Positions 10,659 through 20,362 of a stretch of DNA of 64,000 nt are shown one piece after another; the stretch's first letter is position 1; each line of letters begins with the position of its first letter. This DNA comes from an uncultured delta proteobacterium (lineage in GTDB: Bacteria; Desulfobacterota; Binatia; UBA9968): positions 32,001 through 96,000 of the forward strand of contig CAVWLW010000069.1 in assembly GCA_963755715.1 (NCBI GenBank). The letters are read 5' to 3'. The translations under genes were made by a program, and so were the position numbers. The notes under the pieces were generated by a model that saw only the letters and a list, made by a program, of their open reading frames with translations, ran no database searches and had not been told where the DNA came from.

Positions 10659-12356
10659 TCATTTTTTCGGTTTCACCGGCGGATAAAAATACTCGAAGGT
10701 GCCGGCGTCGATCTTCCGCATGACTTCGCTAAAAGTTTTCCACGGGTCTTTCGCGTAGTCCTGATACTTTCCCGGAGCGTTGATTCCGGGAATATACGGC
10801 GACCAGTCATCGCTCAGCACTTCGTCGGGATTGCCGTAGCGCGACGCCAGAGCGCGAATCTCCGGACTCTTGAGGGCATTCACTTCGCCTTTTTCGATCA
10901 AGGTCATCCAAGTGTTTTTGGTGCCGCGTACGCGCACGCGGTAAGTCGGCAGCGTATTATGAATATGCCACCAGTGATCGTTGGGCAATCCGTTTTGCTT
11001 GGCGAAATCCATCCATTCCTTGGACTCCGTCGCTTTGTCCGGTCCGTGATCGAGACGAAGGCCAAAACCCCAATGAATCACACCGGCGTTGTTGCGTTCG
11101 GAACCATTGGTTCCTTCCATATTCTCATCCGGCCGCCTAAAGAATTTCGGATTGGTGCCCATGCCCGCTTCATAGATCCACCAGTAACCGGGCTGGTCGT
11201 GAAAAGGATAAGTGAGCTCGTTGATCTTCGGATATTTGAGAAACTCGCGCCATAACTCGCCGTATAGGCCGCCGCCTTTGACTTCCTTGACATAGCCGTC
11301 CTTGACGTGCACTTCGATGCGCGGATAGGAGCCGGTGTGGTTGCTGGTTCCGGCGAAGACGCCATTCACTTTGACAAGAAAACGAGGATTATATTTTTTT
11401 GTGAATGCCGGATAATCGACGGAAGAGTATGGAAAGCGGCCGGTTGCCTGATGAGGAAACATGAATAGGTGACCTTGCTGATAAGCCCCTTCCGCCCACG
11501 CTTGCGCCTGCTTTTCCTCGAGCTCGAATGAAAAATTCGTTCCTTCAGGGTCATTCACTTCGACCCGATCTGTCCACGCCAGCGGCTCGACGACGCGTTC
11601 TTCCGCCAAGCGCCAGATGTCGCCGGGAAAAGTCGCGGCTTTGTTCATGAGCTCATAGCGGTTGTCAAAAATAAAGTTGCCGTAGAATTTGCTGCCGTGC
11701 GGCTCGATCGCTTTGCGTGTAACTGTCCGGCCGCCGCGCCGCCAAAAAACTGCATTGACGTCTTTGTGCTGATCGAGATATTTGATGATCGAATCGGCGA
11801 CGCTCTTGCCGCCAAAGCGTCTGCCCAGATCGATGAGCTCCTGCGCGCTGTCGTCTTCGCGTTGAAATACGGCCTTGTAAAGATCCGGACGCCGCTCTCT
11901 CAGCCACTTTTTGGGAATCTCGGCGTCGCCGAAGCGTTGCAAAATCCACGCGCGCATTTCCATGTAGCCCTGCTCCGAGGTGAACCAGCGGTTGGCTTTC
12001 ACCGCTTTCATCGCCTCTTCCTTGCTGACACCGAGGAGCTGGTACTCCGGAACGATCTGGATCTTTACGCCACGCTCTTCATAGGCGCGTTTGATCGCTT
12101 GCAGGATCATGTCTTCAGCCGTCGGTTCGGTGAAGATCGCGACTGTTTGTCCCTTCTCGACAAGCCCCAACGGAGTGCGGCCTCCGGTCTGGCGCACCGC
12201 CGCACGAGCAAAAGGCATGACGTCGTCGATCGATTTCGGCGGCCTGACGTAAGATGGAAAACGCGGCGCCGGATATTTGCCTTTTTCCTGCGCGCCAGTC
12301 AAACCGATTAGCGAAAACAAGATAAGTGCTGTCCAGCCAATTCTCGCTATCTTCAC
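10659..12356 (-). CDS. Exported M29/NicX-like metalloprotein, paralog 2
   Basis: Probable GTG start at 12356 after a GAGGG RBS, then a signal peptide; KYPAPRFPSY, QQGHLFMFP, EAGMGTNPK, ERNNAGVIHWGFG and HWWHIHN motifs. Confidence 0.8.
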   Translation of the reverse strand: MKIARIGWTALILFSLIGLTGAQEKGKYPAPRFPSYVRPPKSIDDVMPFARAAVRQTGGRTPLGLVEKGQTVAIFTEPTAEDMILQAIKRAYEERGVKIQIVPEYQLLGVSKEEAMKAVKANRWFTSEQGYMEMRAWILQRFGDAEIPKKWLRERRPDLYKAVFQREDDSAQELIDLGRRFGGKSVADSIIKYLDQHKDVNAVFWRRGGRTVTRKAIEPHGSKFYGNFIFDNRYELMNKAATFPGDIWRLAEERVVEPLAWTDRVEVNDPEGTNFSFELEEKQAQAWAEGAYQQGHLFMFPHQATGRFPYSSVDYPAFTKKYNPRFLVKVNGVFAGTSNHTGSYPRIEVHVKDGYVKEVKGGGLYGELWREFLKYPKINELTYPFHDQPGYWWIYEAGMGTNPKFFRRPDENMEGTNGSERNNAGVIHWGFGLRLDHGPDKATESKEWMDFAKQNGLPNDHWWHIHNTLPTYRVRVRGTKNTWMTLIEKGEVNALKSPEIRALASRYGNPDEVLSDDWSPYIPGINAPGKYQDYAKDPWKTFSEVMRKIDAGTFEYFYPPVKPKK

Positions 12357-12415
12357 GGCGATCCCTCTTAAACTTTTGAACCTTTGAACGATTGAACCTT
12401 GAACTGCGCCCAGCG

Positions 12416-14098
12416 CTATTTCTTCTTCGGATAGAAATACTCGTACGTTCCGGCATTCACTTTTTTCATGACTTCCATAAACGTCTTCCAGGGATCCTTG
12501 GCATAGTCCTCGTATTTCCCCGGCGCGTTGATACCCGGCAGATGCGGCACCCAATCTTCCGCCAGCACTTCGTTGGGATCACCGTAGCGCGATGCCAAGG
12601 CGCGAATCTCCGGACTCTTGTATGCCGTAAGCTCGCCTTTATCGATGATCGTTATCCAAGTGTTCTTCGTGCCGTGCACCCGCCCGCGATAGGTCACCAG
12701 CGTGTTGTGGATATGCCACCAGTGGTCCTTCGGCAAACCGTTCTGTTTGGGGAAATCGATCCACGCCTTCGATTCTTCCGGCTTGTCGGGATCATGAATC
12801 ACGCTGCCACCAAAGCCCCAGTGAATCACGCCAGCGTTGTTTCGCTCCGATTGATTGTTGCCTTCCATGTTTTCATCGGGCCGCTTGAAAAACTTTGGGT
12901 TGGTGCCGAGCCCTGCTTCGTAGAACCACCAGTAGCCCGGCTTTTCTTGATAAGGATAGGTCAGCTCGTTGATTTTGGGATACTTGAGAAACTCGCGCCA
13001 CAGCTCGCCGTAGACGCCGCCGCCTTTGACCTCCGTCACATAGCCGTCTTTGACGTAAACTTCGATGCGTGGATAAGAGCCGGCGTGGTTGCTCGTGCCG
13101 GCGAATACACCGTTGACTTTGGTCTGCAGCGGCGCGTTCCATTTCTTTTGAATCGCCGGATAGTCAACGACGGAAAAAGGAAATCGTCCCGTCGCCTGAT
13201 AGGGCGACATGAACAAATGCCCTTGATTGTAGGCGCCCGACGCCCAAGTCTTCGCTTCCTCTTCGGTCAATTCGAAGGACATGTTCGTGCCTTCGGGATC
13301 GAATGCTTCGACGCGGTCGAGCCACGCGAGCGACTCGAGCACGCGCTCTTCCGCCAGACGCCAGACGTCGCCTGGGAACGTCGACGCTTTGTTCATCAGC
13401 TCGTAGCGGTTGTCGAAAATATAATTGCCGTAAAATTTTGCGCTATGCTGCTTGAGCAAACGCGCCGTGCGTGGTCGGCCGCCGCGGCGCCAGAAGACCG
13501 CTTTGATGTCGGGGTGCTGATCCAGATATTTGATCATCGCCTCGGCGACGTTCGGCCCGCCGAACTGTTTGGCCAGCTCGCGTTGCTTTTGCGGGACTTC
13601 GTCACCCTTGGTGTAAATCGCGTTGTAGAGATCCGGGCGGCGCTCTTTGAGCCATTTTTTCGGTACTTCGGGATCGACGAACAGATCATCGATCCAGCGG
13701 CGCACTTCCATATAGCCCTGCTCCGAAGTAAACCAGTGCATGGCGTGAATCGCCTTCAGCGCTTCTTCTTTGTTCACGCCCAAAAGCTCGTGCTCGCCGA
13801 CGATGTAAGTCTTGACGCCGCGCTCCTCGTACGCTCTCTTGATCGCCTGCATCACCATCGGATCGGCGCCGACTTCAGTGACGATAAGCGCGGCCGTGCC
13901 TTTTTCGACCAGGCCCAACGGCGTGCGGCCGCCGGTTTGGCGTGCCGCCGCGCGCGCAAAAGGCATGATGTCGTCGATGGATTTCGGCGGCTTCAAATAC
14001 GAGGGAAAACGCGGCGCGGGATATTTTTTACTTTCCGCCGCGCCGGCAGATTGAAAACTGCCGAACAAGATCATCGCTATCGCAAAAAGATATTTCAT
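12416..14098 (-). CDS. Exported M29/NicX-like metalloprotein, paralog 3 (intact)
   Basis: Signal peptide MKYLFAIAMILFGSFQSAGA; same motif set as the other paralogs. Confidence 0.8.
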   Translation of the reverse strand: MKYLFAIAMILFGSFQSAGAAESKKYPAPRFPSYLKPPKSIDDIMPFARAAARQTGGRTPLGLVEKGTAALIVTEVGADPMVMQAIKRAYEERGVKTYIVGEHELLGVNKEEALKAIHAMHWFTSEQGYMEVRRWIDDLFVDPEVPKKWLKERRPDLYNAIYTKGDEVPQKQRELAKQFGGPNVAEAMIKYLDQHPDIKAVFWRRGGRPRTARLLKQHSAKFYGNYIFDNRYELMNKASTFPGDVWRLAEERVLESLAWLDRVEAFDPEGTNMSFELTEEEAKTWASGAYNQGHLFMSPYQATGRFPFSVVDYPAIQKKWNAPLQTKVNGVFAGTSNHAGSYPRIEVYVKDGYVTEVKGGGVYGELWREFLKYPKINELTYPYQEKPGYWWFYEAGLGTNPKFFKRPDENMEGNNQSERNNAGVIHWGFGGSVIHDPDKPEESKAWIDFPKQNGLPKDHWWHIHNTLVTYRGRVHGTKNTWITIIDKGELTAYKSPEIRALASRYGDPNEVLAEDWVPHLPGINAPGKYEDYAKDPWKTFMEVMKKVNAGTYEYFYPKKK

Positions 14099-14134
14099 CG
14101 CCGTCTCCCTAAGTTTGGCGCTTATTTTCTCTAA

Positions 14135-14175
14135 ACGATTTGAACGGCTTGAACGTTTTGAACGATTGGAACGAT
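14135..14175. repeat. Intergenic 9-mer tandem repeat (TTGAACGNN)
   Basis: TTGAACGGC TTGAACGTT TTGAACGAT TGGAACGAT; related arrays at about 12371-12405, 33208-33236 and 38245-38266. Confidence 0.75.
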
Positions 14176-14177
14176 TT

Positions 14178-15879
14178 TCATTGTTTCGGTTTAATCGGCG
14201 GATAGAATCCCTCGTAACTCCCAGATTGAATTCGGTTGATCACGCCGGAGATCGTTTTCCACGGATCTTTTGCGTAGTCTTCATACTTGCCCGGCGCGTT
14301 GATGCCCGGCAGATGCGGCGCCCAATCGTCGCTCAAGCACATCGCGCGGGTCGCCGTAACGCGAGGCCAGGGCGCGAACTTCGGGACTCTTGAAGGCGGT
14401 CAGCTCGCCTTTGTCGATGAGCGTGATCCAGCTACTCTTCGTGCCGCGCACTTTCACGCGGTAGGTCGGCAGCAGATTGTGAATATGCCAGCCATGATCG
14501 TCCGGCAAATTCGCCGTCTTGGTAAATTCGGTCCACTCTTTCGGCAGCAGCGCCTCTTTGGGCCCGTGCAACATGTTCAAACCGAAGCCCCAGTGAATCA
14601 CGCCGGCGTTGTTGCGCTCGGAGATATTGTTGCCTTCCATGTTTTCATCCGGGCGCTTGAAAAATTTCGGATTGGTTCCCAAGCCGGCTTCGTGCAGCCA
14701 CCAGTAGCCTTTTTGCGGCATAAACGGATACTGTGCCTCGTTGATGTTTGGGTACTTTAAAAATTCGCGCCATAGATCGCCGTAAATGCCGCCACCCTTG
14801 ACCTCGCTCACGACACCGTCTTTGACCGTCACTTCGATTCTCGGATAGGCGCCATAATGGTTATTGGTGCCGGCGAACACACCGTTGACTTTGATCAGCA
14901 CGGGCGCAAGCCAATGTTTGCTCCAAGCAGGATAATCGACTTTGGAATAAGGAAACCCGCGCGTCGCCTGAGTCGGGTATAGATAAAGATGACCCTGCTG
15001 ATAAGCTCCTTCTCCCCACGCCTCCGCTTCTTTCTCGGTCAATGAAAAGGTGAAGTTGGTGCCCTCCGGATCGGTCACCTGAACCTGATCGACCCAACCG
15101 AACGATTCGATCACGCGCTCTTCGGCAAGCTTCCAAACGTCGCCGGGAAACGTCGCCGCTTTGTTCATCAGCTCCCAGTGATTGTCGAAGATGAAGTTGC
15201 CGAGCAGTTTTTCGCCCTGTTTGCCCATCGCTTTGCGGGTGTTTGGCCGGCCGCCGCGGCGCCAGAAGACGCCTTTGATTTCTGGATGAGCATCCAAATA
15301 TTTCTCCAGCAAAGCGCCCATATTTCTCTGCGCCAGTTTGCCGAAAATTTCTTTGTGCGCCGGCGTAATCACTTCGTCGTCGCGCGAAAACATTGCCTTA
15401 TAGATATCCGGGCGCCGTTCCTTGAGCCATTTCTTCGGCACCTCGGGATCGGCGAAGCGCTGCGTGATCCACGGTTTAATCTCCATATAGCCAAGTTCCG
15501 ACGTGTACCATTTGTTCGCTTTGATCGCTTTCAACACCTCCTCGCGGCTGACGCCCGCAAGCTCGTATTCGGGGATAATGCGCACTTCGACGCCGCGTTC
15601 TTTATAGGCGCGCACGATCGCTTGCAGCACGGTATCGTCGGCAACGGCTTCGGTGACGAGTCCGATCAGCGTTCCCTTTTCGACCAAACCCAGCGGTGTG
15701 CGGCCGCCGGTCTGACGCACCGCCGCGCGGGCAAACGGCATGATGTCTTCGATCGACTTTGGCGGCTTGACGTAGGACGGAAATCGCGGCGTGGGATATT
15801 TGGCGGTCTCGGCGGCGCGGAGCGGTAAAACCAACACCAGCGAAACCAAAGAGATAAAAATCGTCATCGTCGACTTCAT
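14178..15879 (-). CDS. Exported M29/NicX-like metalloprotein, paralog 4; frameshift near 14335
   Basis: ATG at 15879 after GGAGGA; signal peptide; removing one base restores VLSDDWAPHLPGINAPGKYEDYAKDPWK..FYPPIKPKQ, as in the paralogs. Confidence 0.8.
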
Positions 15880-15949
15880 GCGATCCTCCGCGAAGCTCGT
15901 GGCTTTTGCCGGTCGAACCAACGATTAATTTGAATATATTTGGAAACGA

Positions 15950-15998
15950 TTTGGAATCTAGTGACTTTGAAGAGGGGTTGTCAAGCGAATTTCGCTTG
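15950..15998 (-). promoter_or_regulatory. Sigma70-type promoter with a palindromic operator overlapping -35
   Basis: Minus strand TTGACA-18 nt-TAGATT; CAAGCGAA-T-TTCGCTTG palindrome; near-identical copy at 21539..21585. Confidence 0.65.
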
Positions 15999-16118
15999 GC
16001 ATTGGGGAATCGTCGTTGTGAAACTTTTCTAAAATCTCAAGAGTAAAAACGCCCTGAGATACCAACAGAAAATATTTCGATCTCGATGTGTTGCCGAACG
16101 GGGAGACTATCGTCTGAC

Positions 16119-17234
16119 TCATTTGCTGAGAATCTTTTCGGCAAACTCGGCCGCCGGCCGGCGAACTTTGATGACTTTATCCTCTAGATGGTTGCGCAAC
16201 CTGTGATAGTCCGTAAGAGTCATGACGTCCTTGGCGGCATCGACACCGATCTGGCTCATCCATTTCGTATCCACGTCTAAACGTCGCGTTCCCTGCTTCA
16301 TGACCTTCGCGTAAAACTCTTGGCCTTCTTTGCCGAGAAACCAGTTGACGAACACTTTCATTGCATTCGGATGGGGCGGATTCTTGACGATCCCAAGCAC
16401 GCCGTAGCCGCTGCTCGCCGGCAGCCCTTCTTTGGGAGTCGGAAGTTCTTTGATCGGCAGGCCGGCGTTAAGAAATGGCTCATACTCGGATCGGCCGAGG
16501 CCGATGGTCACCGCGAGTTTTCCTTTTGCAAGCGCATCCGCGACCTGTCGAAGATTGCGGCTCAGGAAAAGATCTTGCTGCACGAGCTTCTTAAGGTAAT
16601 CCTCGCCCTTGATCTCCCACATAAAAGACCACAGCGAGATTCCCGAACCGCCGATGCGCGGATCGTTCAAACCGATTTTGCCCTTCCACTTGGGATTCAG
16701 AAGATCGTCGAAAGAGCGTACCTCATCCGCCTTCGCCAAATCGGCATTGTAGAACAACCCTTCAGTGCCCGCGTTGGCGACGAATGAATAAAGGAAACGA
16801 TTGGTCTTTAGGTTATCGTTCCAGATATGGCCGCCCCACCAGTTTTTGGGATCTTTCACCTCAGGTAAAATCATATAGGCGCTCACGGCGTCCAACATGC
16901 CATTGTCTTGCAGGGACATCGCCGTCGTCGTTCCTTGAATCAAACCGTCGATGGTGCGCACGCCGGCGTTATACTCTGACGAGATCCGGTTCGCCGAATC
17001 CGCGCCGCGCGACACCAGTAGCTCGGCATCGATGCCGAATTTTTGTTTCAACAAGGGCTCCAGCTCCTTTCTCAATTCAGCGCTGGGCGGAATCGCCAAT
17101 ACAATCTTGCCCTCGGCCTTGGCCTTTTGCAGCGCCGTCTCCCATTCGCCGCGCCATTCGGCGGCGGATGCTGGCTGCGACATGACAAAAATTGCCACGA
17201 CCATTGGGAACAGAGAAACTATTGTCTTCGTCAT
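16119..17234 (-). CDS. ABC substrate-binding protein, Fe3+/thiamine/polyamine (AfuA-like) family
   Basis: Signal peptide; AKAEGKI, DLLNPKWKGKIG and PPHPNAMKVFVNWFLGKEGQ motifs. Confidence 0.85.
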   Translation of the reverse strand: MTKTIVSLFPMVVAIFVMSQPASAAEWRGEWETALQKAKAEGKIVLAIPPSAELRKELEPLLKQKFGIDAELLVSRGADSANRISSEYNAGVRTIDGLIQGTTTAMSLQDNGMLDAVSAYMILPEVKDPKNWWGGHIWNDNLKTNRFLYSFVANAGTEGLFYNADLAKADEVRSFDDLLNPKWKGKIGLNDPRIGGSGISLWSFMWEIKGEDYLKKLVQQDLFLSRNLRQVADALAKGKLAVTIGLGRSEYEPFLNAGLPIKELPTPKEGLPASSGYGVLGIVKNPPHPNAMKVFVNWFLGKEGQEFYAKVMKQGTRRLDVDTKWMSQIGVDAAKDVMTLTDYHRLRNHLEDKVIKVRRPAAEFAEKILSK

Positions 17235-17389
17235 GCTCTTCTCCTGGATTTACGAATCTGTCTCACAACGCCAGTGGCAGTGCTAGTCGAGAATCTCATC
17301 TGCTTGATGGTATGAGCCGGTCGCGCGCAAAAATTGCCGCGGGGCGCGATAGCGACCAACCGGCAGGCATAATCTGTTGATGATTGTGA

Positions 17390-17421
17390 TGTGACGGAGC
17401 CGCTGGCGCGGCTCCGTCACA
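17390..17421. terminator. Perfect 14-bp inverted repeat (terminator or mRNA-stabilising hairpin)
   Basis: TGTGACGGAGCCGC-TGGC-GCGGCTCCGTCACA, downstream of the deacetylase gene; no clear U-tract. Confidence 0.5.
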
Positions 17422-17465
17422 GGATTCGGGGTTTAATGAGACAAAATCGAACGCTGGCCGCGCTG

Positions 17466-18335
17466 CTATTTCATCGCCATCGCGCGCGCTCCGTAGCTCA
17501 CGCCTGACGACGGTTTGATTCCAGCGCACTCGAGCACTCGCCTCGCCACTTCTTCCGTGGTCGCAAACCAGATGCCTTCGTGCTTCTTCACGTAAGCCAT
17601 CAGCTCATCGAAGACCTCGATCCGGCCCGGTCGGCCGACCAGAAACGGGTGCAATGAAAACTGGCAATAGGTGTGGAACGATCTGGATTCCGCATAGAAC
17701 GTGTCGAACGATTTCTTCCAGATGGATAGCGCGTCGTCGGGATCGGCGGTTTTCCCACCTTGAAAAATAAACATGTCGCCAAACGGTTGGCGCGGCACTT
17801 CGACGATGATGCGGTCGCCGTCCTTCAGGAGATATGGCAGATCGTGCGAAAAGGAATTGCTATTCCAAATAAACCCTTGACCAATGCCCAAGTCGGGAGT
17901 GAGATGACTCTGGAAGCAGCAGCGCCAGCCGTTGATCTTTTCGCCCGTCAAACTGGTTAAAACCTCGACCGTCTTGCGCATGGTTTCAACTTCTTCTTCC
18001 GGCGTCAGCCTCCAGGCCTTTTCGTGGTGATAGCCATGCCCCGCAACATCATGACCGGCGGCATGGATCGCTCGAACCGTGTCCGGAAATCGCTCCGCCA
18101 AGGCGCCGCAGATGACAAACGTCGCCTTAAGATTATATTTCTCCAATACCCGCAAGACTCGCCAGATTCCCACCCGCGGTCCATATTCGCGCCGGGCGTA
18201 CTCTTCGGCGTCGATGCGGCCTTTCGAATCCGGCTCCAACCCCTCGGCTCCTTGGTAGTTGAATACCAGATTGACTGCGCACCGAAACGGTTCCGGCCAT
18301 TTGAGCTTCTCCCCTAGAAAAATCTCTTGCAGCAT
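17466..18335 (-). CDS. Polysaccharide deacetylase (CE4/PuuE-like) family protein
   Basis: EYGPRVGIWRVL, KATFVI, GHDVAGHGYHHE and LHPFLVGRPGR motifs. Confidence 0.88.
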   Translation of the reverse strand: MLQEIFLGEKLKWPEPFRCAVNLVFNYQGAEGLEPDSKGRIDAEEYARREYGPRVGIWRVLRVLEKYNLKATFVICGALAERFPDTVRAIHAAGHDVAGHGYHHEKAWRLTPEEEVETMRKTVEVLTSLTGEKINGWRCCFQSHLTPDLGIGQGFIWNSNSFSHDLPYLLKDGDRIIVEVPRQPFGDMFIFQGGKTADPDDALSIWKKSFDTFYAESRSFHTYCQFSLHPFLVGRPGRIEVFDELMAYVKKHEGIWFATTEEVARRVLECAGIKPSSGVSYGARAMAMK

Positions 18336-18452
18336 ACCCGACCTCCTTTGGCTTCGTTTGCTTTACGCCGTGCAGAGAGTAGCTTTTTTTCCTTCGCTTT
18401 GTAAAGCGAAACCTCGTTTCCTAGGTCTTTCGTTCGCGCCGCAGTAACTCGT

Positions 18453-19610
18453 TCACCTAGCGGCCTTTGTTCCCTTTAATGACGCATCGAGAAACTTCTG
18501 CACTTCATCCACGTCCATCCACTCAGTATCCCACAGCCGAAAGTATGGCACGCCGTCTTTACGGCGTGAAAGCGGCGGCACGTCGTCTTTTGGAATGTCG
18601 ATTCTTGCCGAATCACAGCTTCCCTGACTCTTCTGAAAAGAGATCTGACCTTCCCGCGACATCAGCCAATTGAGAAAAAGTTTCGCCGCGTTGGGATCCG
18701 TGGGCTGGTCCATCAGCATGAAACTGGAAGCGGCCGTCTCGACGACCGGCGCTTCCTTCATACGCCGCGGATCCAAAATATCCACCGGCAGCTTTTGTTC
18801 TTTCGCTCGCAAGACTTCACGCGGAGAAGTGAAAAGCAGGAAAGCCAGTTTCCCTTGCGCGAGCCAATCCACCGCCTGCCGCGGGTCCTGGCTCAGCACC
18901 AGATCCATTTCGGTCAACAGGCGCTTGAGAAATTGCGGTCCGAGCTCCGGGTGAAAGTAAATCAGCCTGCCACCCTCGCGACCGCCGGCCGCGCGCGGGT
19001 CCATGGAGCCGATTTTCCCCTTCCACTTCGGATTGAGAATATCGCCATAGGACGTCAGATCCGCGGGTTTCACGAGCTCGGTGTTGTACGACACCATGTC
19101 GATGTGCACGCTGACGCATGGCGACAAGATATATTTGCCGTCGGGGTCGGCGTATTGATGTTTCCCCTGCCACCATTTTGATTTATCCGTGACCTCGGGC
19201 AAAACGAGGTTGCCGTCGACGGCTTGCAGCGGAAACGGCCGGGCTCGATAAAGTGCCGACGCCGATCCGGTGCCAAGCTTCGCTATGTCCGCGAGAAATT
19301 TTCCGGCTCTTCTTTCCGCCATCAACCGCGTCACCAGCTGGCCGGAGCGTCCTGCAATCAGAATGACTTTGATCTTTGGAAATCGTTTTTGAAAATCGTT
19401 GACGCTGCCCTCGATCCCTTCGTTTGCGTACAGCGTCAGTTGTCCTTCTTTCTCCGCGGCCTTAATCGTTCGGTCCCATTCTTCTTGGGACGGACCGGCG
19501 CTCGCGGCAAGGGCGGCACCGCATTCGAAGAGAATGGCAAGCGCGAGAAAATAAACCGCCCTGTGGAAGGAGAAAAGCAGAGAGATATTTTTGGAGCGCC
19601 GAGATGTCAC
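18453..19610 (-). CDS. ABC substrate-binding protein, AfuA-like family
   Basis: AAEKEGQLTLY, NPKWKGKIG and PNAAKLFLNWLMSREGQ motifs; probable GTG start overlapping the aldolase stop. Confidence 0.85.
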   Translation of the reverse strand: MTSRRSKNISLLFSFHRAVYFLALAILFECGAALAASAGPSQEEWDRTIKAAEKEGQLTLYANEGIEGSVNDFQKRFPKIKVILIAGRSGQLVTRLMAERRAGKFLADIAKLGTGSASALYRARPFPLQAVDGNLVLPEVTDKSKWWQGKHQYADPDGKYILSPCVSVHIDMVSYNTELVKPADLTSYGDILNPKWKGKIGSMDPRAAGGREGGRLIYFHPELGPQFLKRLLTEMDLVLSQDPRQAVDWLAQGKLAFLLFTSPREVLRAKEQKLPVDILDPRRMKEAPVVETAASSFMLMDQPTDPNAAKLFLNWLMSREGQISFQKSQGSCDSARIDIPKDDVPPLSRRKDGVPYFRLWDTEWMDVDEVQKFLDASLKGTKAAR

Positions 19611-20329
19611 CAGGTATTCCAGCGCTCGCCGCGTTTGATCAACCGTTCGTAAAAATTCCATTCCGGGGAGCGCGGCGGCCTCGGACCTCTTGCCGTCACT
19701 CGCTCCGCCTCGACTTGCTCATATTTCTTTACCACGGCCCGAGGAATCGGACTCGCTTTCCCGACACTCTGTGCCCACAGAAGCATCTTTGCCGTCCGCT
19801 CCAGGTGGACGGTGTTCAGGCAAGCTTCTTGGATCGTATTGCCGATAACGTTCGCCCCATGCCCTTTCATCATCAGCGCGAAACTCTGTCCCATCGCCTT
19901 GGTCGCTCGCTCGCCGTCTTCTTGATAGGTGCCGTAAAGCCATGGACTGACGGGCACTCCCTTGCCGAACTTGATCGAATGCTGATGGATCGGCACGATT
20001 TTCTTGCCGGTCGCGATCAGGGAAACGGCCACCGGCGGATGACAGTGAATCACGGCACCGGTATCCGGACGTTTTCGAAATAATGATGTGAAGAAAAAGA
20101 TTTCCGCCGGCGGATCGCGCCGGCCGGAAATCTTTTTGCCGTCGAAATCGTATTCGAGGATTTCATCGTCAGCAAGGTCGGGGTCGAAGGGCGGGCGCAT
20201 CGGCATGATGAGAAAACTATCGCCCCGCGGCGAGCGACAGCTCACATGGCCCCACATGTCCGCCAATTCCCACCGCAGGATTTGCACCGCGGTGGATAAT
20301 TTATCTTTGAGTTCTTCGTTGTCGCTCAT
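19607..20329 (-). CDS. Class II aldolase/adducin family protein
   Basis: WGHVSCR, PAEIFF, AVIHCHP and LMMKGHG Zn-binding motifs. Confidence 0.9.
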   Translation of the reverse strand: MSDNEELKDKLSTAVQILRWELADMWGHVSCRSPRGDSFLIMPMRPPFDPDLADDEILEYDFDGKKISGRRDPPAEIFFFTSLFRKRPDTGAVIHCHPPVAVSLIATGKKIVPIHQHSIKFGKGVPVSPWLYGTYQEDGERATKAMGQSFALMMKGHGANVIGNTIQEACLNTVHLERTAKMLLWAQSVGKASPIPRAVVKKYEQVEAERVTARGPRPPRSPEWNFYERLIKRGERWNTW

Positions 20330-20362
20330 GATGCACCATTTGTCTATTTTCCCAATTGAGAT

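Noticed and set aside
12357-12554. N-terminal extension of ORF 10659..12554
   Set aside because: Overlaps the upstream paralog and a repeat tract; the RBS and signal peptide point to GTG at 12356
12392-14134. 580-aa plus-strand ORF (also 684..1238, 15178..15828, 54645..55859, 25236..25961 and similar)
   Set aside because: Antisense shadows of well-supported genes, expected from high-GC codon bias; no recognisable motifs
14135-14175. TTGAAC repeats as a CRISPR array
   Set aside because: Period of 7-9 nt, no unique spacers and no cas genes
1416-16118. RiPP precursor peptide for the CgnB/E-like paralogs
   Set aside because: No short ORF with an RBS and leader/core features was found in the intergenic gaps; one could lie beyond the left edge
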